DNA from: a virus
Length of the DNA stretch: 64,000 bases
Virus record (IMG/VR): IMGVR_UViG_3300034200_001185
Location: 1 to 64,000 of that record
Strand: one strand, 5' to 3'
Shown here: positions 40,263 through 49,178 of the stretch, one piece after another
Layout: every line of letters starts with the position of its first letter
Position numbering within the stretch: the stretch's first letter is position 1
The notes under the pieces: model-generated
Seen by the model: the letters and a program-made list of their open reading frames with translations, nothing else
Database searches by the model: none
What the model was told of the DNA's origin: nothing
Made by a program: the position numbers and the translations under genes

Positions 40263-41462
40263 CTAGTAATACTTAGCGTTTCCTTTAACCTTAGCGGAGC
40301 TTGTATTCGATATATACTGAGTATCTGCGTTTAACTTCTTATTGTCCGTTGCTACCTGCTCTTTGTGCGAAAGATTGTCCCACTTCTTCTTTGGTAGATA
40401 GCGTGATGTAGATCCGTCTGACTTCTGTGCGATTTCAGATGTGCCTGGTCGTGTTTGCCAATCTTGCTTTGTCCACTTACGCATGGAGTTATTTGCAGGC
40501 GTAGGCTTCTTACCGGAGTATGTACCGCCCTTATCCTTATACAGCTTAACGGCTAGCTGCATTGCTCTTGCGCTATGCTTTCCGCCCATTTTCGCTTTTG
40601 CTTCTTGCTTTGCCTGTTCCCACTTTTGTGGATCGCGCTTAACTGCAACTGCTGACGCTGTCTTCGTATTCGGCTCTTTTATGTACCAATGCATGCCTTC
40701 AACCATCGACTTGTTGCCCTTTACGTATCCAGCTTTTAAATGCGCTTTTATACTTGCAATATTTGTGTCTTCTATTAGCACTTTGGACTTCTTGTCAGCC
40801 ATATAATCACCGATTGCCTTAGAAGCTAAACCTTGTCCACGGTATTCCGGTCTTACGTATAAAGCGCCTACTCTATGATAACCATTCTCTTCTCTAGGCG
40901 TAAAGAATCCGACAACTTCATTATCCTTATGAATTGCTACTCTGTTTACCTTCTTATTTGGATATACGTAGCCTTCTATATCCTTATCCTTATTTGCATC
41001 TAATAGCAATTTTCTAGGAATAACAGAGGCTGTCTTCGTATGAACTGGTGTAAAGTATGTTAATCGATTGCCGATTGGGTCGTATATCGTTGAATCCCTA
41101 TCGCCCCATTCTCTTGTTGTTGGTTTACTTGCGTCTATGCCTTTATTGGATAAATACCGATGTGCCTTGTCTACGTTTTGTACTCTCTTACTCATTCGCC
41201 AAGGACTTGTTGAACGTTCTCCGTCGTGCATAAGCTCTATTACGGTATTCTTGCCTATCCTAAACATAGATCCCTTATCGCCTGGATCGTCCCAACTCGT
41301 TTCCTCTTCGAAACCTAGTTTATTATAAAAGTCTCTCGTTTTATAATAATCCTTTTCGTTCTTTATATACGTAATATGTCTCGAATCTTTAGACATAAGT
41401 GGATTTGATGACGCTATCTTCTCAAGCTCATCTATAAATGCGTATATCATGTATTCATTCAT
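40263..41462 (-). CDS. Three-domain protein: VOC/glyoxalase + GNAT acetyltransferase + DUF5872-like
   Basis: Leader AFIDELEKIAS. VOC: FYNKLGF..NVDK..EWG.R..YDP.GN. Linker TKTAS. GNAT: VGALYVRPEYRGQGLASK. Linker TKTAS. Then HSARAMQLAVKLYKDKGGTY..KWTKQDW..RYLP. Confidence 0.75.
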   Translation of the reverse strand: MNEYMIYAFIDELEKIASSNPLMSKDSRHITYIKNEKDYYKTRDFYNKLGFEEETSWDDPGDKGSMFRIGKNTVIELMHDGERSTSPWRMSKRVQNVDKAHRYLSNKGIDASKPTTREWGDRDSTIYDPIGNRLTYFTPVHTKTASVIPRKLLLDANKDKDIEGYVYPNKKVNRVAIHKDNEVVGFFTPREENGYHRVGALYVRPEYRGQGLASKAIGDYMADKKSKVLIEDTNIASIKAHLKAGYVKGNKSMVEGMHWYIKEPNTKTASAVAVKRDPQKWEQAKQEAKAKMGGKHSARAMQLAVKLYKDKGGTYSGKKPTPANNSMRKWTKQDWQTRPGTSEIAQKSDGSTSRYLPKKKWDNLSHKEQVATDNKKLNADTQYISNTSSAKVKGNAKYY

Positions 41463-41531
41463 GTCGTTTCTTATCCTTGTTAGTGTTATCATACAAATAA
41501 CATAATACACGATAAACAATACGAGTAAACT

Positions 41532-41810
41532 ATGCGATATATATTAATTATTATACTATGCACGTCATGTGCTAGCGCGCCTAAGCAATGCGAAACATAC
41601 AATCCTTTTCAAAGAGATTCGTCTATCTTTGATACGCAAAACACTAAGTCATGTAAGCGTGAGTTAGAAATGTGTCGTATGGATCATTATAAAAAGCAAG
41701 TAGATTTAGACGCATGTAAGCGAGATAACTCGCTATGGCTGAATATCGGACTTACGATTGCAGGTGCGTTTGCAGGCTTTATCACGTCTAAATATGGTAA
41801 AGTCGATTAA
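41532..41810 (+). CDS. Lipoprotein with C-terminal TM helix (u-spanin-like architecture)
   Basis: MRYILIIILCTSC lipobox-like; C-terminal LWLNIGLTIAGAFAGFI. Confidence 0.45.
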   Translation: MRYILIIILCTSCASAPKQCETYNPFQRDSSIFDTQNTKSCKRELEMCRMDHYKKQVDLDACKRDNSLWLNIGLTIAGAFAGFITSKYGKVD

Positions 41811-41824
41811 TTATTGTTAACGCG

Positions 41825-42838
41825 TTAGTCTTTATTACGGTTATATAAATACGCCCCAGCCCCCAAGCCTGCAGCACCAGTGCCACCTATAATATATTTA
41901 CCATAACGCTTTTTAGGCGCATCGGCAGTACTATGATTAGTGTTAGTAGGATGTGCTGAGTAATCTCCGGTCGCCTCTTGTATTACGGACTTAGCTTCGT
42001 TCTTAGCTTCGGTAGGTTGTACGGGTGCATCCACTTTCGCTTCTTGTATTACGGACTTAGCTTCGTTCTTAGCTTCGGTAGGTTGTACGGGTGTATCCGC
42101 TTTTGGGGCAGATCCTTTAATTCTAGCTTTCGCCTCTGCTAATGTTTCGCCTTCTCTTATATCGTATTTAGAACGTGCATTAGTAGTACCAGTAGTTATC
42201 GTTTTTTTGTGCGATGGGTCAAAGGGTTGTATTGGTATATCCGCTTTTGTGGTGGACCCTTTAATTCTAGCTTTCGCTTCTGCTAATGTTTCGCCTTCTC
42301 TTATATCGTATTTAGAACGTGCATTAGTAGTACCAGTAGTTATCGTTTTTTTGTGCGATGGGTCGAAGTTACTACCACCTACTTTACCGGAACCTGAACC
42401 GATTACGGGTGTGTGTGGCTTATTAAGTATCTCCATTCGCTTTAATCGTTCTTGTTCAGCAATATACCGGTCGCTTGCATTAAGCTCTGACACATGTTGC
42501 GCATTTCCTGTATAAGTATTATCCGCTATACTTCTAGGTTTTACATAACCAGTGGACTTACTCTCAACCGTTTCCATCAGAGATTTAGTTGTATTATGCA
42601 ACTTCATATTAATTTCGCCAGCTTGTCGCTTTAATATGGTTGCTTGTTCCAAACTCAACTTAGGATCGTTAGATTTAGCAAGCAATTTCTGCATTAGTTT
42701 TACGCCCTTGTTAATTGTCATATCACCGTGTCCCGGTATGTTGACTACTTTTTTACCAATGAATCCTGGTAGGGCCGTTTTAGTCATTTCAATGTTCGTA
42801 ATTGTTCTGTATAATCTAATTCTAGTATCTGTAAACAT
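41825..42838 (-). CDS. K-x-A leader, internally duplicated, tail-anchor protein
   Basis: EMTKTAL; 48-aa and 22-aa duplications; YIIGGTGAAGLGAGAYLYNRNKD. Confidence 0.7.
   Translation of the reverse strand: MFTDTRIRLYRTITNIEMTKTALPGFIGKKVVNIPGHGDMTINKGVKLMQKLLAKSNDPKLSLEQATILKRQAGEINMKLHNTTKSLMETVESKSTGYVKPRSIADNTYTGNAQHVSELNASDRYIAEQERLKRMEILNKPHTPVIGSGSGKVGGSNFDPSHKKTITTGTTNARSKYDIREGETLAEAKARIKGSTTKADIPIQPFDPSHKKTITTGTTNARSKYDIREGETLAEAKARIKGSAPKADTPVQPTEAKNEAKSVIQEAKVDAPVQPTEAKNEAKSVIQEATGDYSAHPTNTNHSTADAPKKRYGKYIIGGTGAAGLGAGAYLYNRNKD
41977..42367 (-). repeat. Intragenic duplications (66-nt period at about 41977/42043; 144-nt period at about 42116/42260)
   Basis: Near-identical DNA blocks encoding PVQPTEAKNEAKSVIQEA and FDPSHKKTITTGTTNARSKYDIREGETLAEAKARIKGS. 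Confidence 0.9.
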
Positions 42839-42915
42839 GTAGGTAATCTTTCGTTACGACTTAGCTATTTATATACGTAGTTATATCAATTCATTAGCTG
42901 ATTGTAAATAGTATG

Positions 42916-42944
42916 TAGATAAGTCGATTAATTATTGTTATGAT
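42916..42944 (+). promoter_or_regulatory. Sigma70-like promoter
   Basis: TAGATA-17-TATGAT with extended -10 TG. Confidence 0.45.
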
Positions 42945-42973
42945 AAAACAAACATAACACAACGGAGACAGAC

Positions 42974-43441
42974 ATGAGATCATATATTGTTAAACTAGCA
43001 GCGAGCACTAAGCTGGATAATGACGCTAAAAGTAAATTAAACACAGGCGAAGTCGTCAAAAGAGTAATCGGATATTCAGTAGGCGGTGTAGTCGGATCGG
43101 GGGTCGCTAGCGCTCTAAGTGGACACGGCTCTGGTAATAGTCGCTTACTAAAATCATTTGCAGGCGGAGTTGTAGGTACAGCTCTAGCAGACGCTTACAT
43201 GCGAGAAAAGCAAGATCCAATTACTACGCTTAAGAATTCGGCTCAAATAAGCGGAGCCGGGTTTGCAGGCGGTGTAACTGGTGCATTAGCAGGAATTGCA
43301 GCTGCAAACGTAGTCAGATCTAAAAACCCTAGTTACTACTCTACGATGAGTTACCCACTATACGGCGCTGCAATTGGACAGGGTATCGGCAAAGGGCTTG
43401 CGATTAAGAACATAATGCAAAAAGAGAAGTCGAGAAAGTAA
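42974..43441 (+). CDS. Gly-zipper membrane protein with K-x-A leader
   Basis: YIVKLAAS; four GxxxG helices. SD GGAG. Confidence 0.65.
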   Translation: MRSYIVKLAASTKLDNDAKSKLNTGEVVKRVIGYSVGGVVGSGVASALSGHGSGNSRLLKSFAGGVVGTALADAYMREKQDPITTLKNSAQISGAGFAGGVTGALAGIAAANVVRSKNPSYYSTMSYPLYGAAIGQGIGKGLAIKNIMQKEKSRK

Positions 43442-43442
43442 T

Positions 43443-44657
43443 ATGTCCGACAAATCTCTAAACGAGCATAAGTCGAAGAGAGAGCGAGAGGTTAAGTCTG
43501 GTTTGTACGGCGGTATTGCCGGTGCATTACTTTCAAACGCAGCTTATACTTCTGGACAGCTAGCTCTTGGAAAGTCTCACTCAAATGCCGAAAAGAGATC
43601 GCAATCATTCGGATCTGACTACAATAAAGTAGTCGGCAGTATGAATCATGTTAAAGATATAGCAGGCGGAGCATCTGCAGGCGGACATAGCATTTACCGT
43701 ACTCCTACCGGTAAAAGCATTATTATTACGAGAGCACATGAACACGATGCTACCTTTCCATCTTTTAGTTCGAGAACTGCTGTTAATGATTCTTTAAGAG
43801 GCGCTCAGGTAAAAACTCTTCGAGGTTTTCCAATCGATAAGGGCGGAGATAAGGTTCCGGGATTAGCAGAGTTAGAAGATTACATCAAAAGTAATAAGCG
43901 CGATCAGATTAATGTACTTGCAACTAAGGGCAACCATTCTATTCTACTCCATGAACTCGGACATTCTGCCGGTACAAGGCACGGTACAGCATCTGGTGCG
44001 TTAGTACGCCTTGGTAATATTAATCCGCCATCTATGGCTACGAAAGGTGTTGCAGCAACAGGCGCAATGCTTACACACCGTAGAGCAGGCGAGAGTAAGG
44101 AAGATTACGAAAAGAGATCTAAGAAGAACGCGATTAAGTCCGGCTTACTTGGAAGCGCTATGTATATTCCAACACTCGCAGAAGAGGCACGCGCTACATT
44201 AAATGCAAATCGTCTTGGTAAGAAGCTAGGCGTTAAGGTAGATAATCGTAAGTTACTTCTTCCAGCATACGGTACATATGTAGCAGGCGCACTTGCACCG
44301 ACAGCTGTCGCCCTTGGCGCACACTACGGTAAAAGATTTGTAGAGCGAGAGATGGAAAAGAAGTCGAGTATGATTAGCTCAAAGGGCGATATACATATGG
44401 GAGCCGTAGGCACTCGTGCTAAGCTTCTTAAGGTACACGAAGGTCTTAAACGACTAATGGGCGCAAGTGTAGGTGGCGCAGTCGGTCTCGCTGCTACAGA
44501 TAATCCGATAGGTATGCTCGGCGGTATGGTAGTAGGTGGCGTACTTCAACACTACGCATCTACAAAAGGAAATATCACTAAAGCGACTAAAGAGATCGAA
44601 GAAGAAGAACGCGCTTTACTTAAACAAATGATCATGCGTAAAAAGAAGAATAAATAA
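43443..44657 (+). CDS. Membrane-associated HExxH zinc metallopeptidase-like protein plus second membrane module
   Basis: ILLHELGH and downstream EEARAT; MEKKSS boundary. Confidence 0.6.
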   Translation: MSDKSLNEHKSKREREVKSGLYGGIAGALLSNAAYTSGQLALGKSHSNAEKRSQSFGSDYNKVVGSMNHVKDIAGGASAGGHSIYRTPTGKSIIITRAHEHDATFPSFSSRTAVNDSLRGAQVKTLRGFPIDKGGDKVPGLAELEDYIKSNKRDQINVLATKGNHSILLHELGHSAGTRHGTASGALVRLGNINPPSMATKGVAATGAMLTHRRAGESKEDYEKRSKKNAIKSGLLGSAMYIPTLAEEARATLNANRLGKKLGVKVDNRKLLLPAYGTYVAGALAPTAVALGAHYGKRFVEREMEKKSSMISSKGDIHMGAVGTRAKLLKVHEGLKRLMGASVGGAVGLAATDNPIGMLGGMVVGGVLQHYASTKGNITKATKEIEEEERALLKQMIMRKKKNK

Positions 44658-45305
44658 CACACGAATAGGATTAGGTATAAGATGTAATATACGTATTCTT
44701 AAACGGAATAGGGGTAGGGCGGAGGTGTACGTATTCTTAAACGGAAGGGGGGCATGCGTAGATAGACGGCATACTACGTATGTTCAAGATTATACCGAAT
44801 ATAAGCAAGACGTTTATGTATACGCAAATAAATCGTATACTTTTTATTTATTAAGCGTTACCACCGAAAGTTCAGACAATATCATTCGCTCTTGATAATT
44901 ACTTGACCGTGACCGTGTAGCGTAATCATGTACGTTATACGGATGTCGTTACACTACGTGCTTGACTACGTTATTATAGCGTACTTGACTGCGTGTTTAT
45001 AGATGTAGTGTAAACCGTATTCATAAATCCACGTAATACAACGCTCAGGTTATCATTTACTTTTAGTACATACGAGCTGGCCATACGCGAAATCACACGC
45101 TCACACTTATACTCTCCCCCTTCGCTTAACAGTAACGCGTATGGCCGGGTCGGGTATATCTTTACGGTTAAGACGTAGGGGCTAGGGGGATTAGCGTCAG
45201 TACAGTGTACGGTTTATCGCCGGTCGAGTTGCCCAACCCATACGTTGAACGCATACCCCCGCTTAATTTTTTTTAGGGTATAAAATCAAACGAACATGTT
45301 CGTTG
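44658..45305. other. 648-bp structured non-coding interval at a transcriptional convergence point
   Basis: No ORF of 60 aa or more. Contains a 19-bp direct repeat, an 11-bp inverted repeat and a 16-bp palindrome. Confidence 0.7.
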
Positions 45306-46643
45306 TTACTTCTTACTCTTCTTAGCGTGTTCTAGTTGTTCGTTATAATATTCTTTCATACTCTTTTTACGTAGTACGTATGGTAACGATCCTACACCAA
45401 GAGACGCAATAGCAAGGTCTCGCTTAATTTTTTTACCTATGGGAGTATTATTTTGCATATGATCCTTCATAGTAGCCGTAGAAACTCCATGTCTCTTCGC
45501 TATAAAGAATAACGATGGGAACAGCGCACCACTCACTAACGTACCGGATCTTACTAGATCGTTTGCTTCCCTTTTAGCTGTTTCGGTGCCCGCAATAATT
45601 TGTTCGTCGGATAAGCTCGATTTCTTTTCTAGTTTAGCCTTGTTTTGCTCTTCTTTTAACTTATTACGTCTCCAAAGTTTCATAGCAGCGTATGTACCAG
45701 CACCGTAAGCTATAGGTCTACCTGCCGTACTTTTCCAATAACTAGCATACGACGCCTTGAGCGGATTAGTGTTTATTTTAATTCCTAACGCTTTAGCTCT
45801 ACGTATAGCGCCTAAGTTAGCTCTACCTTCTTCGATAACTTGACCTGGAGCGCTTAAAGCAGTAGCACCTAACGTAGCAAGTCCTATATTTTTACCCATA
45901 CGCTTTTGGTAGTCCTTTTCGCTCTCGTCATTACGCTTTTTAGCGGTTGCTAAGAATGCAGCACCTGGTGCCATAGCAACAATATTACCTATCGTACCTG
46001 GAGTACTCGGTAAATGATAATTAGAAATAAATTTTGACGATATGCCACTTCTAGAAGCGTGCGTCATCTCGTGTAACATAGTACCGGCTTCACCAGTATG
46101 ATGTATAGATCCGCTAAAGTTCTTATCGTTGTATAACTCTTTGAGGCGTTTACTAACATCCTCCTTTTTAAGCTTAGCAATCAACTGATCTCGTTGTTGT
46201 CTGATTTCAGGTAATTCGTCTCTATATACTGAACTCTCGGCTATTCGGAACTTTGTATTTGCCAACTGTTCTGGAGTAAGATTCTTGTAATCCAAGTCAA
46301 TTTTAGTATTGGCTAATTCGTGCATTTTATATTCATCGCCACGTTGATTCGTATGAATGCTTAATACCTTCTTACCGTTTTCAGGATCTGTAAGTATATG
46401 AATACCGTCGTCTAATTTTTCAGCCTTATACGCGTCATGTATTTTTTTAATCTCGCTAGGATTTCTATTAAATTTAGCCGTAGGACTATTACGGTTAATA
46501 TAATTAGATGCAGGGTCGAGGACTAGTTTCTTACCTGCAAGCACACCAGCTCCGGCTATACCAGCGATTTCTGCGTTTTCTTTTGCGTACTGTTTAAGCT
46601 TCTTGTGCTTATCTTCTTCCTTTTGTTTCTTGTCGTTTGACAT
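45306..46643 (-). CDS. Paralogous HExxH zinc metallopeptidase-like membrane protein
   Basis: MLHEMTH and EEGRAN; LEKKSS boundary. SD AGGAG. Confidence 0.6.
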   Translation of the reverse strand: MSNDKKQKEEDKHKKLKQYAKENAEIAGIAGAGVLAGKKLVLDPASNYINRNSPTAKFNRNPSEIKKIHDAYKAEKLDDGIHILTDPENGKKVLSIHTNQRGDEYKMHELANTKIDLDYKNLTPEQLANTKFRIAESSVYRDELPEIRQQRDQLIAKLKKEDVSKRLKELYNDKNFSGSIHHTGEAGTMLHEMTHASRSGISSKFISNYHLPSTPGTIGNIVAMAPGAAFLATAKKRNDESEKDYQKRMGKNIGLATLGATALSAPGQVIEEGRANLGAIRRAKALGIKINTNPLKASYASYWKSTAGRPIAYGAGTYAAMKLWRRNKLKEEQNKAKLEKKSSLSDEQIIAGTETAKREANDLVRSGTLVSGALFPSLFFIAKRHGVSTATMKDHMQNNTPIGKKIKRDLAIASLGVGSLPYVLRKKSMKEYYNEQLEHAKKSKK

Positions 46644-46758
46644 TTCGCACTCCTATTCGTTAAGTTTCATAATTAATACTATAATAAAAGCTAATAAAAA
46701 ACATCATTACACTACGATTATTTTTTACACTCACGTAAGACGCAAGTTAGTCTCTCGC

Positions 46759-47169
46759 TTATTCAAGTAAAGATACGATGTCAGCCTTAATTTCGATCAT
46801 ATCAAGTATTTGTTGTACGCGAGTTGAGTACTCAAGGTAATCCGCTGAGAGAGGCGCGGTATCTCTCGATAGCATACATCTAGCGAGTTCACTTACCGGA
46901 ATGATCTGAATAAGCAGATCGAATTGGTGCAATGTAATGATACCGACAAGCTCTTTGCGAACATACATATATGCAATGTCATTCGCAGTAAACAAGTCAG
47001 TGACACTAAAGGCACGATTTAAAGGCGCACACTTAAGAAGTTCATCAACGCTCTTAAATCCCAAAAGTTGCTTTACGAACAACTCGTGGTAGATTGGAAC
47101 ACCTAAATCGTTACAACGATTTGTAACATCGCGCTCTTGAACGAGTACATCAAGTAGATTAAAGATCAT
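46759..47169 (-). CDS. Hypothetical protein
   Basis: Start re-called to MIFNLL. Confidence 0.55.
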   Translation of the reverse strand: MIFNLLDVLVQERDVTNRCNDLGVPIYHELFVKQLLGFKSVDELLKCAPLNRAFSVTDLFTANDIAYMYVRKELVGIITLHQFDLLIQIIPVSELARCMLSRDTAPLSADYLEYSTRVQQILDMIEIKADIVSLLE

Positions 47170-47395
47170 CGTTACCACCTTGCTTCTCTGCCATTCTACG
47201 AGCAAAGATTAGATCGCATAATGGTGTGCGCTTGGTTTCTACTACGCCAGAAACGCTTGTTTCAAATCTTCGTGACATGTACACAAAGAATTCGTTTAAG
47301 TCTACTTGTACCTCTAAGAAGTACGGACTTGTGCAGTTGCATACTTCGTATTGCTTGCATACGAGGCATACCTTAGTTTTAATTGTTCCGTTCAT
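47159..47395 (-). CDS. Small Cys-rich protein
   Basis: CLVC..CNC. Early-type leader AAGGGAGAATCGTT-ATG. Confidence 0.55.
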   Translation of the reverse strand: MNGTIKTKVCLVCKQYEVCNCTSPYFLEVQVDLNEFFVYMSRRFETSVSGVVETKRTPLCDLIFARRMAEKQGGNDDL

Positions 47396-47762
47396 AACGA
47401 TTCTCCCTTCGATTGTGATTGAGCGTATTCGCTCTTACGTGGTTAATTGCATCCTCGCGTACATCTCTCGCTAAGTTAACAGCATTGTTTGTAACGCGAA
47501 TGAATTGGTCTGCTACGTCAAGTGCATCAAGTGCACGTGTTTTAACCCAGCGCCCAAACCGTTCATTGTCTAGGCTCTCGATTGCAGTACGTACATCATT
47601 TACCGCATTCTTTCCGCCCATAACACTTAGTAATAATTTACGAAGCATTCTTACTTTCCTTTTTAAGCACATAGTAGTTTTATCGAATTCGACGTGGAAA
47701 CATGGCGTGCTTTGGTATCCGTGTTCCATATAGTTATCACGGTTTCGTCTATATAATTGCAC
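47379..47762 (-). CDS. Hypothetical protein (true start probably downstream of the promoter at 47734)
   Basis: Helical ORF whose called 5' end runs over regulatory motifs. Confidence 0.45.
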   Translation of the reverse strand: MQLYRRNRDNYMEHGYQSTPCFHVEFDKTTMCLKRKVRMLRKLLLSVMGGKNAVNDVRTAIESLDNERFGRWVKTRALDALDVADQFIRVTNNAVNLARDVREDAINHVRANTLNHNRRENRYERNN

Positions 47763-47767
47763 GTTTT

Positions 47768-47812
47768 ACTATCATCAAAAACGGGCTAAGAAAAACGTTC
47801 TGGTCTTCGTTC
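47768..47812 (-). terminator. Repeat-B copy 2
   Basis: ACTATCATC-N8-GCTAAGAAAAACG-loop-CGTTC. Confidence 0.6.
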
Positions 47813-47839
47813 TTCACCCCCCATCACCCACCAGTTTTA

Positions 47840-48460
47840 TTACCAGATGTTGATTGGTGCCTCCAAGTACTCGTTCCCGTTCAACACAAATGTCAATCGA
47901 AAGATTTGAGAGCGGAGGTTGTCAGCCTTCCACTTGTCCACTGACTGTAGCTTGTGCGCTAGGTAACGACCCGCTTTAACCACCCCCCCAACGGTTTCCA
48001 CGATCTTGCAGTCGATGTTGTGTTCGAGTGCTAATCCGAAGATGATCTCGTATAAAGTTTCTGCCTCTTGGACGACAGCACGTTCTTCCAACCATCTTTC
48101 CCACTTACTGTTGTCCACCGCACTGCCTTCACCGCCTTCACCTTCACCACCATCAACCGCACCACCTTCACCACCCTTACCGCCGCGTGCAATTTCGTTT
48201 AATCTCATTGCTGCCCCCACCATGATCCCAACCTCCTGATCCATGTCAATACCCTTAGCCAATTTCTTGGCCATAGCAACGACATCTAGGGTCAACTCAT
48301 AGCCCTTAACCATACACTGACCGTTCGCATCCATTGCAGCTTTAACGAGGGACAATACCTCTTCGCGATTTTCTTCGAGATTGGATAATTGTGTGGATGC
48401 TACCTTGACGCTTTTTACCACTGCCTTAGCTGTGGAGGTAATGAATGAACGAATACTCAT
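47840..48460 (-). CDS. Hypothetical protein with Gly/Glu linker
   Basis: 206 aa. SD GGAG next to a structured leader. Confidence 0.65.
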   Translation of the reverse strand: MSIRSFITSTAKAVVKSVKVASTQLSNLEENREEVLSLVKAAMDANGQCMVKGYELTLDVVAMAKKLAKGIDMDQEVGIMVGAAMRLNEIARGGKGGEGGAVDGGEGEGGEGSAVDNSKWERWLEERAVVQEAETLYEIIFGLALEHNIDCKIVETVGGVVKAGRYLAHKLQSVDKWKADNLRSQIFRLTFVLNGNEYLEAPINIW

Positions 48461-48474
48461 CGTCTATTCTCCAT

Positions 48475-48538
48475 GCACCTATTGTGTTGTAGTCTTAGTA
48501 CAATGCGTACCTGTTACCACCGAAGTCAAGGCGTGCTT
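48475..48538 (-). ncRNA. Candidate structured 5' leader, copy 1
   Basis: GCAC-GCC..AC(TTCG)GT-GGT..GTAC-N5-GTAC..GACTACAAC..GTGC, then SD. Confidence 0.5.
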
Positions 48539-48594
48539 TTGTTCCTTTTCTTCTATATACTTATCACGCAATTTTACGCATTTTTGCACGTTTT

Positions 48595-48647
48595 ACTATC
48601 ATCCAAAAAGGGCTAAGAAAAACGTTCTGGTCTTCGTTCTTCTTAGC
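48595..48647 (-). terminator. Repeat-B copy 3 (13-bp stem, one mismatch)
   Basis: GCTAAGAAAAACG-TTCTGGTCTT-CGTTCTTCTTAGC. Confidence 0.65.
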
Positions 48648-48654
48648 GTATCGC

Positions 48655-49017
48655 CTACGCCCCCATCATAGATTCCCTACGTCTCTTTTCAAAGAAATAG
48701 GGTCCAACGAGAATTGCATTCGCGCCTGCAAAAATCACGAATGCTTCTGGTAGCAACATTAAGATAAATGTTGCTACACAGAAGGTACATGCTGCTTGAG
48801 CGACACCCTTCTTATCCGACCCAAACCAAAAGCTGATAAAGTGGATGCAAACGTTTGCGCTAAGCGCAAACTTGTAATTAATCATGTCCATAATCTGACA
48901 GACAGTCCACAAGTAAATCAAGCCAATAGCCAACCCGATAATCCCCTTTACAAGCTTATTACGACTCATAACATTCCCCAAAACACTTATGTAGTCTGTC
49001 GTCAGAAGGTGCGACAT
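48655..49017 (-). CDS. Small multi-pass membrane protein
   Basis: Three to four hydrophobic segments. GTGATAA at 49062-68. Confidence 0.55.
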   Translation of the reverse strand: MSHLLTTDYISVLGNVMSRNKLVKGIIGLAIGLIYLWTVCQIMDMINYKFALSANVCIHFISFWFGSDKKGVAQAACTFCVATFILMLLPEAFVIFAGANAILVGPYFFEKRRRESMMGA

Positions 49018-49092
49018 TAAACTACCAAAGCTAGGTGTGTTCTTACCTTTCTTCTATATTCTTATCACTATATTTATACGCCTTTTGCATTT

Positions 49093-49142
49093 ACTATCAT
49101 CGCGTAATTTAAGCTAAGAAAAACGCCTGACAACCGTTTTTC
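49093..49142 (-). terminator. Repeat-B copy 4
   Basis: GAAAAACG-CCTGACAAC-CGTTTTTC stem. Confidence 0.6.
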
Positions 49143-49178
49143 CAACCGTATTACTGTCTCGCGACATGATACGATTTA

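Larger units (their letters stand above)
41800..42940. repeat. 20-bp direct repeat flanking a 1.1-kb segment
   Basis: AAGTCGATTAATTATTGTTA at 41800-41819 and 42921-42940. Confidence 0.9.

Noticed and set aside
41977-42367. Duplicated blocks as a diversity-generating retroelement TR/VR pair
   Set aside because: Both copies are in the same ORF, the differences seen are few and largely synonymous, and no reverse transcriptase is present in the window.
44711-44725. GGGGTAGGGCGGAGG as a G-quadruplex
   Set aside because: At best two-tetrad and not supportable without experiment. It is covered under the non-coding interval finding.
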